Shown one piece after another: positions 9,291-18,905 of a stretch of DNA of 64,000 nucleotides. The DNA comes from an uncultured Candidatus Bathyarchaeia archaeon (GTDB lineage Archaea; Thermoproteota; Bathyarchaeia; 40CM-2-53-6): NCBI GenBank assembly GCA_964601325.1, contig CAZRNA010000002.1, forward strand, positions 1,454 through 65,453, read 5' to 3'. Both the position numbers and the translations under genes were made by a program. Position 1 is the first letter of the stretch; each line of letters starts with the position of its first letter. The notes below the pieces were generated by a model, which was not told the DNA's origin, did not search any database, and saw only the letters and a list, made by a program, of their open reading frames with translations.

Positions 9291-9917
9291 ATGATCTCAG
9301 CAGGCCTAGCGTTCAGCATAGCCTACTTGATGCTCAGATCGTTCAGAGTGACGCAACGGGACTACCTACTCGGTCTTCCGATAGGATTCAGTTTCCTAGC
9401 GCTTTCTTACCTGTTCTTCGCGGCATCCGCCGCAGCACCTTCGGTGAAGGATGTCGCTCGCTGGCTTGACTTGTTCTCCACAACCTATGGATTTGCATTC
9501 ATAGGGGGAACCTATTTCCTAAGACGTAGGGGTACATCAGGGCCGCTATCCAGCTGGCTCTTCTCTCTCGCAGTGCTAGGCATTGTAGTGGTCATCCTTG
9601 TGGAAGTTGTCCCGCCGTTTGGAGCGCTTCCCGCTTATCCGGTGACAGACCAGACCCTCCATATCATCAACCTAGGGCTATTGGGCTACATCATCTTCAG
9701 CCTGAACCAGTCGCTGAAGCGAAGTCCACATGAAGTGAACTTCTTGGTACAAACAGGTTTCATCCTTCTTGCCTTCAGCCAGTACAGCCTCCTGCTCTGG
9801 ACTTTGGATCAGGGATTCTGGTCGTTTGTACTATCGAACTTGTTCCGGCTGGCTGGTCTTGTCGCGATCTTGATTGAAGCCGCAGCTGGAGTCACAGGCT
9901 CCCGTCATGGAGGATGA
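9291..9917 (+). CDS. hypothetical polytopic membrane protein
   Basis: 208 aa with about six TM segments. Its C-terminal third is duplicated as a decayed copy at 11472..11687. Confidence 0.45.
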   Translation: MISAGLAFSIAYLMLRSFRVTQRDYLLGLPIGFSFLALSYLFFAASAAAPSVKDVARWLDLFSTTYGFAFIGGTYFLRRRGTSGPLSSWLFSLAVLGIVVVILVEVVPPFGALPAYPVTDQTLHIINLGLLGYIIFSLNQSLKRSPHEVNFLVQTGFILLAFSQYSLLLWTLDQGFWSFVLSNLFRLAGLVAILIEAAAGVTGSRHGG

Positions 9918-10211
9918 ATGTTGGGCCGAGCCAAAGAACCGAAGAAAGCCCGTCCGCGATACCGTCCGAAGATTTTCTACGACATCCTATGCTCCATAAT
10001 TAAACAAGAATCCAACGGCCCCGTGAGAATCACGAGAGTCCAGAATGAGGTTAATCTTCCGTCAGACCGTTTCCGCGGACATCTCGAGGACATGAAGGCA
10101 CTGGGACTCGTTAAGTACGGCGAAACTTTGGGCTGCACGGAGAAAGGCAGGAACTTCGTGTCTGAGTATGAGAAAGTTGCTGAAGTTCTGAAACGCTTCG
10201 GATTGGATTGA
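9918..10211 (+). CDS. small winged-helix DNA-binding protein
   Basis: 97 aa, basic N-terminus, wHTH-like core (IFYDILCSIIKQESNGPVRITRVQNEVNL...). A decayed copy lies at 11688..11805. Confidence 0.45.
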   Translation: MLGRAKEPKKARPRYRPKIFYDILCSIIKQESNGPVRITRVQNEVNLPSDRFRGHLEDMKALGLVKYGETLGCTEKGRNFVSEYEKVAEVLKRFGLD

Positions 10212-10239
10212 CAACGCCACGGTTGGTCTGTGATACAAA

Positions 10240-11424
10240 ATGGTAATTGATATCCTTGTTACTTCACCATTGGCAGCCGTATTCTTCGTCTTCATCCTTT
10301 CGTTTGCCGCCGCAATTCTTAGCGAGAAGATGAAGGTCTCATACATCACCGTACTGATTGTCATGGGTATTGCTCTATCTTTTCTCAACATTAGCGGCGG
10401 GCTCGGCAACATCTCGCTCGACAAGAACTTGATGCTTGGCTTTGTCGTTCCTCCGCTAATCTTTGAAGCTGCAATGCGAACCCGCTACGAGGTGTTCAAG
10501 ACAGTTCGAAAGACAGTCGTGGCACTTGCGATCTTCGGCGTACTGATCTCTGCTCTAGTAAGCGGTCTTGTTCTGTATCTTGTGTTAGGCTTGCCTCTAG
10601 CGATCGCACTCACGCTTGGTATCATAATCGCACCTACGGATCCGGTTTCTGTTGTCGGCGCATTGAGGAGAATGAGGGCCCCTGAAAGGCTGACAACGAT
10701 TCTGGAGACAGAGGCGTATTTCAATGACGCGACGGCTGTCATTCTCTATCCTGTCGCAATATCTCTAACCTTCAGTCCCATTCAAAGCACAAGCCTATTC
10801 GCGTACACTTTCGTGGGCGGGGCAATAGTCGGGCTGCTCGTTTCCGGTGTAGCGGAACTTCTTTACCGGCAAGTCACGGAACCCATGGCGGAGACTACGT
10901 TCACAATCGTGGTCATGTTCGGCTCGTATCTCCTCGCTGAGAGCCTCCAAGTGTCAGGACTTGTAGCGGTAGCCATCGCTGGCCTATACATGGGAAACCG
11001 AACCATGCGAACCGCCATGTCAGAAGAAACGCGAACCACTATGACGAAATTCTGGGAAGTGGTGACCTTCATGGCCGCCTCTTTCGCTTTCTTGCTCATA
11101 GGTCTGAAAGCTGACTTCGAGTTGCTCGTCACCTATCTCCCATTCGTTGTGGTCGCTTTCCTAGCGATACTCATGGCCAGAGCGCTGAGCGTATACCCGA
11201 TCGTAGGATTCACGACCCTGCTTGGTGAGAGAGTGCCGCCCTTGTGGAGAAGAGTGTTGACCTTTGCGGGACTACGCGGAGCAGTTTCGGTTGCTCTGGC
11301 GCTGTCTCTGCCACAAAGTGAGTTCAAGGACGTCATAGTCGCAATAACATTCGGTGTAGCAATACTGTCGCTTATTGTTCAAGCAGAGGCGCTGCAAGTC
11401 TACGTCAAGAGAGTGGAGCTCTAG
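10240..11424 (+). CDS. nhaP: NhaP-type (CPA1) Na+/H+ antiporter
   Basis: 394 aa with about 11 TM helices, the characteristic ATDPVSV motif and FNDATAV. Confidence 0.75.
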   Translation: MVIDILVTSPLAAVFFVFILSFAAAILSEKMKVSYITVLIVMGIALSFLNISGGLGNISLDKNLMLGFVVPPLIFEAAMRTRYEVFKTVRKTVVALAIFGVLISALVSGLVLYLVLGLPLAIALTLGIIIAPTDPVSVVGALRRMRAPERLTTILETEAYFNDATAVILYPVAISLTFSPIQSTSLFAYTFVGGAIVGLLVSGVAELLYRQVTEPMAETTFTIVVMFGSYLLAESLQVSGLVAVAIAGLYMGNRTMRTAMSEETRTTMTKFWEVVTFMAASFAFLLIGLKADFELLVTYLPFVVVAFLAILMARALSVYPIVGFTTLLGERVPPLWRRVLTFAGLRGAVSVALALSLPQSEFKDVIVAITFGVAILSLIVQAEALQVYVKRVEL

Positions 11425-11471
11425 CGACTATCTGAACGAAACGCCCGCGCTACATCTCGACCTCGTGAATC

Positions 11472-11687
11472 ATGACGTTCCAGGCCCTGAAACAGTCCTC
11501 ACATAAGGTGCACTTCTTGGTGCAGACAGGCTTCATCCTTCTTGCCTTCGGACAATACAGCTTCTTGCTTTGGACGCTGGACCACGGATTCTGGCCCTTC
11601 ACCTTGGCAAACGTATTCCGACTTGCTGGCCTGGTGGCGCTCTTGACTGAAGCTGCAACCGCCGTTACAGGACCATATCGTGGATGA
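11472..11687 (+). pseudogene. truncated duplicate of the C-terminal part of membrane protein 9291..9917
   Basis: 71-aa ORF (HKVHFLVQTGFILLAFGQYSFLLWTLDHGFWPF...), ~75% nucleotide-identical to 9721..9917. The N-terminal two thirds are absent. Confidence 0.5.
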
Positions 11688-11805
11688 TCATTATTGGGCC
11701 ATGCGAAAGATGCAAAGAGACTTCGCCAGCACGGGGAAAGGTAGGGACTTCGTGAATGAGTACGAGAAAGTTGCTGAAGTCTTGAGACGTTTTGGCCTAG
11801 ATTAA
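11688..11805 (+). pseudogene. decayed remnant of the wHTH gene (internally deleted, frameshifted copy of 9918..10211)
   Basis: The N-terminal remnant LLGHAKDAKRLRQ is close to MLGRAKEPKKARP. The C-terminal remnant, in another frame, ...GKGRDFVNEYEKVAEVLRRFGLD, is close to ...EKGRNFVSEYEKVAEVLKRFGLD. Confidence 0.5.
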
Positions 11806-12297
11806 CCTGCCCGCAGTCGTCGGACGACTATGAGCATGATAGCACTAGCTAGGCCGACGGCGACCACTGGGACATAGTACCCAACAAGGTCACACACAAC
11901 GAACTTTCCAGCCATCGCAAAATATCAACTATGTCGATACCAAGTAGTAGGAGAATTGCAGTCACCATAACCGAACTCACGAGTAGAATGTTGAAGGCTG
12001 AGCTCTGAAATACTCTCGGAAACGGTTTGTTGCCAGACCAGTGAAGAATCCTAGCGAGCACATAGTATGCGAGACCCGTTGTGACAATCATGATGCTGAG
12101 CGACGCGTAAACAGAGATATCGTTTGCCATAGTCGATGGAAAGGTGTCAATAGAGCTGCTTTCGAAGAGCATTCTCATGAGATATCCAAGCGCGAATGAA
12201 CGATGAGCAGTATTGGAACGGACTCCACGATAATCATTCAGGTAACCGGAATACTTACGCAGAGTACGTACGTCGAGTACGTACGCACTTAGATTGT

Positions 12298-13614
12298 ATG
12301 CCAGCAATCGTTCCGAGAACCATGATGCAGATTGCAAGCGAGCAGCTAGTCGCACTCTTGATCTTCGTAGTGACCTACATTCTACTTGCAACAGAATATC
12401 GAGAGGCAACCATCGCGACCATGGCGGGGGTTGCGGCGATATGGGCGTTCGGGATCCTCACACCTGAGGAAATGATCTCCTATGTTGACATGAATGCGAT
12501 CGGCCTACTCTTCGGTACGATGATAATGGTTGGAGCCTTGAGTGAAGCTCACTTCTTTCAATGGCTCGGAGTTGCTGTGGCGAGATTGTGTCGTTATCGC
12601 CCAACCCATCTCCTGATCGCCTTCACTCTAATGACAGGCGGCCTCTCCGCCATTCTGCCAAACGTGACCACAGTCCTATTCATGGTTACAATAACCATCG
12701 CGATAACCGAGTTGCTGAAGCTAGATCCAAAACCATACGTCTTCAGTGAGGTTCTCGCATCTAACATTGGAGGACTCGCCACTCTCATAGGGGATCCCCC
12801 TAACATGATGATCGCGACCGCGACAGGCTTTTCCTTTCTCGATTTTCTGGCTAACCTTGGTTTGATTTCGCTCCTCGCTCTCTTCGTCTCGCTTGCCTAC
12901 ATATGGGATAAGTTCCGAGACAACATGAAGGGTGCGGATGCCTTGTCAGCACTGCAGGAATCCATGCCACTGCTCAAGATGCCGGATATGAATTCTGATC
13001 GACGGCTTCTCTGGATCGGCCTCGCTACGCTCATATGCACGGTGACACTCTTCTGTCTGCAGGACATTGTGGGCATCTATCCGACCGCCGTTGCACTCCT
13101 CGCCGCCACCGTGCTTCTTTTCGTCGGGGGACGAAAGATGCCCGCCATATTGAGAGACGTCGAGTGGAGCACTCTGCTCTTCTTCGGATCACTTTTCATT
13201 GTTGTAGGTGCTCTCGAGAAGACAGGTTGGATGGACACAGTTGCCCAAGGGATCTTGGCTTTCGCTGGGGCAAACACAGTCTACGGCATAAGCGTGGTAC
13301 TCTGGAGTTTCAGTCTGATGTCAGCCTTCATCAACAACATCCCGTTGGCCGCCGCCTTTATTCCGGTCCTGAAAACCCTCGGAAACGTTTCTGGACTGAA
13401 TGTCTATCCTTTCTGGTGGGCCCTCGCAGCTGGAACTGGGCTCGGAGGAAACGGAACTATCATAGGTGCTTCCTCAAACGTGATCGCAATAGGTCTCGCT
13501 CGATCAAAGGGAGTGAGAATCACGTTCGTCGAGTTTGCGAAGATAGGGATAGTTGTCCTAGTTCTCACGACTCTAGTGGCGAACTCGATTCTACTTCTCA
13601 AGTTCTGGGTCTGA
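12298..13614 (+). CDS. ArsB/NhaD-superfamily permease (ion transporter, citrate/arsenite-type fold)
   Basis: ~12 TM segments with typical blocks (NIGGLATLIGDPPNMMIA, GTGLGGNGTIIGASSNVIA). The track ORF starts at 12196, but its hydrophilic N-terminal extension overlaps an opposite-strand ORF. ATG at 12298 or 12322 is the more likely start. Confidence 0.65.
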   Translation: MPAIVPRTMMQIASEQLVALLIFVVTYILLATEYREATIATMAGVAAIWAFGILTPEEMISYVDMNAIGLLFGTMIMVGALSEAHFFQWLGVAVARLCRYRPTHLLIAFTLMTGGLSAILPNVTTVLFMVTITIAITELLKLDPKPYVFSEVLASNIGGLATLIGDPPNMMIATATGFSFLDFLANLGLISLLALFVSLAYIWDKFRDNMKGADALSALQESMPLLKMPDMNSDRRLLWIGLATLICTVTLFCLQDIVGIYPTAVALLAATVLLFVGGRKMPAILRDVEWSTLLFFGSLFIVVGALEKTGWMDTVAQGILAFAGANTVYGISVVLWSFSLMSAFINNIPLAAAFIPVLKTLGNVSGLNVYPFWWALAAGTGLGGNGTIIGASSNVIAIGLARSKGVRITFVEFAKIGIVVLVLTTLVANSILLLKFWV

Positions 13615-13670
13615 CAAGGTAGTCACATTCTCGGATCGAGAACATTTGTACAACCACCCTGAGTTCTCGC

Positions 13671-13681
13671 TTTTTTTTCCA
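13671..13681 (+). terminator. oligo-T tract, putative archaeal terminator downstream of the ArsB/NhaD gene
   Basis: A run of 9-10 T (cgcttttttttcc) lies ~60 nt after the stop codon. Confidence 0.4.
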
Positions 13682-13772
13682 CAAGAGAGGTAATATAGCT
13701 GCTATGCCAAAAGTCACAAGATCTGGGAACTGTATCGCCGAAGCTATTCCGTAGACTAGTAGTCTTGGCAAG

Positions 13773-14492
13773 ATGCTCGAAATGAAAGAATGTGAACTCA
13801 TTATCCAGAAAGCTTTGAGGGAAGAACGATCTTCCTTGCTGATAGACGAGGCTTACCGAATATGCAACCTTCATCACATCCCTACACCAAAATTCCAAGT
13901 GGTCATCCGTTTGCATGAGGCCGTTGAGAAGGTAAACGAAATTAGATATCCCGTAGCTTTGAAGATCATTTCTCCTCAGATTCTACACAAATCGGACGTA
14001 GGTGGAGTCGTCCTGAACGTCGGGAATGAGAAGGACCTCAGGACGGAATATGAAAAGCTGGTTGCGGAAGTCAACAGGAGAGAACCGTCAGCGAAGATCA
14101 CAGGAGTTCTAGTTGAAAAAATGATGGTTCCTTCGACCGAGGTTATAGTTGGAGGAATAAGAGACAGCCAATTTGGCCCCGCGGTCATGTTTGGAATGGG
14201 GGGCATGTTCACCGAGGTGTACGATGATGTCGCATTCCGCGTAGCCCCCATCGACAGAGTAGATGCTCTGAACCTGATTCATGGACTAAAAGGGTCGAAA
14301 GTACTAGAGGGAATCAGAGGAAAGCCCCCAGCAGACCTAGATTCGGTAATCAACGTGTTGACCAACGTTTCAGACCTAATGATGGAACATGATGCGATAA
14401 CCCAGCTGGACCTGAACCCAGTGATCGTTTATTCAGACGCAGTTTGCGCTGTCGACTCTCGGATCATTCTAAGCGAAACAGGAGATATCTAG
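13773..14492 (+). CDS. acdB: acetyl-CoA synthetase (ADP-forming), beta subunit (ATP-grasp)
   Basis: 239 aa. The ATP-grasp signature (YPVALKIISPQILHKSDVGGVVLNV, NPV) is characteristic of the ACD beta family. It lies immediately upstream of the alpha subunit. Confidence 0.75.
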   Translation: MLEMKECELIIQKALREERSSLLIDEAYRICNLHHIPTPKFQVVIRLHEAVEKVNEIRYPVALKIISPQILHKSDVGGVVLNVGNEKDLRTEYEKLVAEVNRREPSAKITGVLVEKMMVPSTEVIVGGIRDSQFGPAVMFGMGGMFTEVYDDVAFRVAPIDRVDALNLIHGLKGSKVLEGIRGKPPADLDSVINVLTNVSDLMMEHDAITQLDLNPVIVYSDAVCAVDSRIILSETGDI

Positions 14493-14493
14493 C

Positions 14494-15948
14494 ATGGACC
14501 TAGACCCCTTCTTCAAGCCCAAGTCCGTTGCGGTGATCGGAGCTTCCAGGGAACCCCGAAAGTTTGGCCATGTCATCTTCAAGAACTTCGTGGAATCTGA
14601 ATTCAAAGGGAAGGCGTATCCGGTCAACCCGAAAGCCGAGAGCATACTGGGTCTCAAGACATACCCTAGTGTGAAGGAAGTCCCATCTGAATTGGATCTG
14701 GCAGTGATCGCAGTCCCAGCACCAATGGTTCCTCCTATAATCGATGAATGCTTGTCGAAGGATGTCAAAGCAGCAATAATAATCTCCGGAGGATTCAAAG
14801 AGGCTGACGAGAAAGGAGAAGAACTTGAGCTTGAAATCAGGGAAAAGATCAGAGATAGCGGGCTAAGGATCATTGGTCCAAACTGCATAGGAGTATACGA
14901 CCCAACAAGCCACATAGACACGCTGTTTCTGCCTCGATACAGGTTGAGACGACCGAAGCAAGGCCCAATAGCCTTCATATCGCAAAGTGGCGCCTTCGGT
15001 TCCGCGGTACTCGACTGGGCCGCTTCTCAGGATATTGGGATCAGCAAATTCATCAGTATTGGAAACAAAATCGACGTGGATGAAGTTGACCTATTAGACT
15101 ATCTAGTCGACGACTCGTTGACAAAGTGCATCACGGTTTATGTAGAAAGCATAAGCCGAGGCAGAGAGTTTCTCGAGGCATCGTCCAGAGTCGCCAAGAA
15201 TAAACCCTTGATCGTGTTGAAGGGAGGTGTGACGAACGAGGGAGCCAGCGCATCCCTATCCCACACGGGGTCTCTCGCAGGATCTGCAAAGGTTTGTGCC
15301 GGGGCGTTCAAGCAGGCCGGGGTAGTACAAGCGCAAACTGTAGACGAACTGCTCGATTACGCGCGAACGCTCGCATATCAGCCGCTACCTAAAGATCAGA
15401 AGGACATCGCCATAGTTACCAACGGAGGAGGATTCGGAGTAATAAGCACCGATGAGGCTTCAGGGCTCGGCCTTAAGTTGGCGAAATTCAATCCGGAGAC
15501 CGTGAGAACTCTAAGGGAAAAGCTGCCGGAATACGCGACAGTGCATAACCCGTTAGACCTCGTAGGTGACGCTGACGTAGAGCGTTACAGGTCGGCATTG
15601 GGCGCCGTTTCATCAGACCCGAACGTTGGAATAATCCTTGTAATCGTGCTTCTTCAAACATCCTTCATTGAATCTGACGTAGTTGACGCCATAACCGAAT
15701 CCCAAGTAACCTACGGCAAGCCGACAGTCGTGTGCACTATTGGAGGGGAGTTCACTCAGATACTGGTCAAAATGCTGGAAGAGAATCGAATACCTTCGTA
15801 CCCGACTCCTGAGAGAGCCGTTAACGCGATAAACGCTTTGATTCAGTACGCCAAAGCTCTTGAAGACATAAACAAGAAACAGCAATTGAACGAGCGCGGA
15901 ACAGCACAGGCCGATCGAGTGACGAAACGGAACACAACTTGCCGTTGA
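14494..15948 (+). CDS. acdA: acetyl-CoA synthetase (ADP-forming), alpha subunit (CoA-binding and CoA-ligase domains)
   Basis: 484 aa with FFKPKSVAVIGAS..PRKFG (CoA-binding), GPNCIGV, and succinyl-CoA-synthetase-like flavodoxin domains. The gap to the beta gene is 1 nt. Confidence 0.8.
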   Translation: MDLDPFFKPKSVAVIGASREPRKFGHVIFKNFVESEFKGKAYPVNPKAESILGLKTYPSVKEVPSELDLAVIAVPAPMVPPIIDECLSKDVKAAIIISGGFKEADEKGEELELEIREKIRDSGLRIIGPNCIGVYDPTSHIDTLFLPRYRLRRPKQGPIAFISQSGAFGSAVLDWAASQDIGISKFISIGNKIDVDEVDLLDYLVDDSLTKCITVYVESISRGREFLEASSRVAKNKPLIVLKGGVTNEGASASLSHTGSLAGSAKVCAGAFKQAGVVQAQTVDELLDYARTLAYQPLPKDQKDIAIVTNGGGFGVISTDEASGLGLKLAKFNPETVRTLREKLPEYATVHNPLDLVGDADVERYRSALGAVSSDPNVGIILVIVLLQTSFIESDVVDAITESQVTYGKPTVVCTIGGEFTQILVKMLEENRIPSYPTPERAVNAINALIQYAKALEDINKKQQLNERGTAQADRVTKRNTTCR

Positions 15949-16021
15949 CCCTCTCCCTCATGAAATCTTACGAGTGATCTGTTGACTCGGGGTACAGAAC
16001 CTGTCTACTCTCAATCGTTGT

Positions 16022-16936
16022 GATTCAAACCCGCTGATAGCACCGCGTCCGAGAAACGAGTGGGAAGAGAAGGCTACATTCAACCCCGGCGGAGTACTCG
16101 AGGGCCGTGTATTTCACCTGTTCTACCGGGCAGTCGCCACGAATGGTATTTCCTCCATAGGATACGCTGCTACAACCGCGGATATGAAGACAACCGAGAG
16201 GCCTGACCAGCCGATCCTTGCCCCAAGTGAGGCATGGGAGGAGCTTGGGTGCGAAGATGCGAGAATCACCAAGATCCAGAACACATACTACGCATTGTAC
16301 ACCGCCTATTCGAGGAGAGGGCCAAGAATTGCCCTGGCATCGAGCTCCAATCTCAACAAGTTCACAAAAATAGGACTGGTCGGACCTGATGTAGTCGACA
16401 AGGACGCCGTGCTGTTTCCTGAGACCATCAGAGGGGGCCTTGCTATGATTCATCGAATTGAGCCTTCAATGCAAATTGCGTATTTTGACAATCCGCAATT
16501 CGAGAAACTCTCTGACCCGTCACTCAGATCTCAGTACTGGACAGAATATCTTCGCAATCTCGACGCACACACGATAATGAGGCCACAAGAGTGGTGGGAG
16601 AAGAGGAAGATAGGAATTGGCCCGCCCCCAATAAAAACGCCCGAAGGATGGCTAATGATCTATCATGGCGTTGACGACAACTATGTATACAGAGCTGGCG
16701 TGGCCCTGGCGGACCTAGATGACCCTCAGAAGATCTTGGCAAGATCGAGAACACCGATACTGGAGCCAAGGGAACCATACGAGAAGCACGGGCTCGTGCC
16801 CGAAGTTGTGTTTCCGGAGGCCGCGATGGTCCTTGACAGTGATCTCTATGTCTTCTATGGCGCGGCCGACACAGTCTGCTGCGTTGCAACAGCGTGCCTC
16901 GATGAGTTTCTTGAATGGCTTGTCCAGCAGCGCTAG
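16022..16936 (+). CDS. GH130 family glycoside phosphorylase/hydrolase (DUF377), paralog 2; start codon unresolved
   Basis: The track ORF starts at the ATG at 16184. GH130 homology (NPLIAPRPRNEWEEKATFNPGGV...LFYRAV...IGYAAT) extends ~55 codons upstream, with no ATG/GTG/TTG after the stop at 15983. A CTG at 16001 aligns with the N-terminus of paralog 1. Confidence 0.65.
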   Translation, partial: DSNPLIAPRPRNEWEEKATFNPGGVLEGRVFHLFYRAVATNGISSIGYAATTADMKTTERPDQPILAPSEAWEELGCEDARITKIQNTYYALYTAYSRRGPRIALASSSNLNKFTKIGLVGPDVVDKDAVLFPETIRGGLAMIHRIEPSMQIAYFDNPQFEKLSDPSLRSQYWTEYLRNLDAHTIMRPQEWWEKRKIGIGPPPIKTPEGWLMIYHGVDDNYVYRAGVALADLDDPQKILARSRTPILEPREPYEKHGLVPEVVFPEAAMVLDSDLYVFYGAADTVCCVATACLDEFLEWLVQQR

Positions 16937-17199
16937 AAACTCGCAGCCTATTCTTCTCGAGGTCCATCGACGGAAGCCGCCTCGAATGCCGATCCCGCCT
17001 CTGTCAGCAGCTGATCGGACTGGCCATCTATGATTCGACCGGAATCAACATATCGCCTCTGAATTCCACACCTATCACAAACCTCGATGATGCCCTAGCC
17101 GGCAGCTTCTGAGCTCCAAGCTGAAGTCCAGCGGATCGTTGCAGGCAAGGAGAAGCAAACTAAAGAGGCAATGCTGCAGCTTGTTTATGCGAGCTTCGA

Positions 17200-17643
17200 T
17201 TGAATGTCGGCCACGTGATGAATAGAGAGGTTGTTTCAATAGATTCAGATGTCAGCGTGAAGGCTGCAGCAAGCAAAATGGCTCAACATCGGGTAGGATG
17301 TTTGATCGTAACCGAGAAGGGCAAGCCAGTAGGCATGATTACAGAGACAGATATGCTGTCAAGGGTTCTAGCGCTGGCTAGAAATGCTGAATCAACGAAG
17401 GTCAAGACCGTTATGTCGGAGCCTCTGATATGCGGAAACCCCGACATGGATTTCATCGAGGCTACAAAGCTGATGATCAATAAGGCGATCAAGAAGCTTC
17501 CTATCATTCAGGGCGAACAGCTTGTTGGGATCCTGACAATAACAGATGCCGTTGCGGTTCATCCAGGGATGCACGAGTTCATCGAAGAGGAAGCGAAAGG
17601 AAACGTCCCTAAGACATTCATGAAGAGACTGCGGAAAAGATAG
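17200..17643 (+). CDS. CBS-pair domain protein
   Basis: 147 aa with two CBS motifs (VGCLIVTEKGKPVGMITETDML, KKLPIIQGEQLVGILTITD). A TTG start is called by the track. Confidence 0.7.
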   Translation: MNVGHVMNREVVSIDSDVSVKAAASKMAQHRVGCLIVTEKGKPVGMITETDMLSRVLALARNAESTKVKTVMSEPLICGNPDMDFIEATKLMINKAIKKLPIIQGEQLVGILTITDAVAVHPGMHEFIEEEAKGNVPKTFMKRLRKR

Positions 17644-17693
17644 CGCCATATTTGTTCGTTCTGACCCGATCTTGACTGTTTTGCCCAACTACT

Positions 17694-18734
17694 ATGTTGC
17701 CGCATGAAGTCAGCCTTATCTCTGTTGATTTGTCCTATTCCTACACGACATTCGAATTGGAGAAGAGACGGTTGAGGAAAATAGGCGTCGTCACAAGTGG
17801 CGGAGATGCACCTGGCATGAATGCTGCTATCCGAGCCGTTGTCCGCATCGCCTATTCAAAGAAGCTTCAAGTTCTGGGTTTCAGGAGAGGCTGGGAAGGC
17901 TTGATCACAAACACATTTACCGCCTTGACGCCTCGATCGGTCGGCGGCATAATACAACTAGGCGGCACAATCCTCCACACATCAAGATGCCCAGAGTTCA
18001 GAAAGAGAGAAGGAATCAGGAAAGCCGCCGAGACTCTCGGATTGAATCATATTGACGGACTCGTAGTCATCGGCGGTAACGGCTCCTTCAAGGGCGCTCT
18101 GCGGCTAAGCGCGTACACAGACATCATGTTGGTCGGAATTCCTGCATCAATTGACAACGATGTTTCTGGCACAGAGGAAACCATAGGTTTCGACACGGCC
18201 GCAAATACAGCACTCGCTGAGATCGATAAGATCCGAGACACAGCAGTTTCCCATGAGAGAGTATTCATGATTGAGGTGATGGGACGAGAAAGGGGCTTCC
18301 TCGCACTTGAGGTCGGGCTCACTGCTGGCGCAGAAATCATTCTAGTACCAGAAGTGAAATATCGAGAGGAGAACCTCTTCGAGACTATAAGAGAAAACAG
18401 GGCCAAAGGAAAGAAGTCGGCCTTGATCGTGGCAGCTGAAGGAATAGGAGACACCCATTTGCTTGCAGGACAGATCCAGCGAAACACAAAGGCGGAGGTT
18501 AGACTGAGCATCATAGGTTATGCTCAAAGAGGCGGCAGCCCCACAACAAGGAGCCGGCTCTTAGCGAGCTTGTTCGCAGAAAAAGCAGTAGAAGTGCTGT
18601 CAGGCGAGGAGGGCAACAGAGTAGTCGGACTGCGGAACGGCAGGATTGAAAGCGTCGAGCTCCAGAAATCATGTGAGACCGAGAAGACTTTGGATCCAAC
18701 GCTGCTTGAACTGGCCGCCGTGCTTGCAACATGA
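17694..18734 (+). CDS. pfkA: ATP-dependent 6-phosphofructokinase
   Basis: 346 aa with KIGVVTSGGDAPGMNAAIRAV, GGNGS, PASIDNDV (PFK-A family). The GGDAPGMN variant indicates the ATP-dependent type. Confidence 0.8.
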   Translation: MLPHEVSLISVDLSYSYTTFELEKRRLRKIGVVTSGGDAPGMNAAIRAVVRIAYSKKLQVLGFRRGWEGLITNTFTALTPRSVGGIIQLGGTILHTSRCPEFRKREGIRKAAETLGLNHIDGLVVIGGNGSFKGALRLSAYTDIMLVGIPASIDNDVSGTEETIGFDTAANTALAEIDKIRDTAVSHERVFMIEVMGRERGFLALEVGLTAGAEIILVPEVKYREENLFETIRENRAKGKKSALIVAAEGIGDTHLLAGQIQRNTKAEVRLSIIGYAQRGGSPTTRSRLLASLFAEKAVEVLSGEEGNRVVGLRNGRIESVELQKSCETEKTLDPTLLELAAVLAT

Positions 18735-18905
18735 ACATTCTGGGAAACACCGAGCCAAGCTGCGTTGGCTCTCGCGACTAGTTTCGGCCGCGTTTGTTCT
18801 GAATGATGTCGTCTAGATCATGCTTGGAAAGCGGCTAAGGACGGCACCAGCTCATAGGTCAGGGACGCGTACAATACCCAGCGCTCTAGCTAACCATGCA
18901 GGCGA

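Noticed and set aside
11849-12409. 186-aa minus-strand ORF overlapping the 5' part of the ArsB/NhaD ORF
   Set aside because: It overlaps the hydrophilic N-terminal extension of the plus-strand ORF, and one of the two must be spurious. The transporter homology begins near 12298..12322. Only the C-terminal ~90 aa of the minus ORF look membrane-like, and there is no family support. It is left unannotated.
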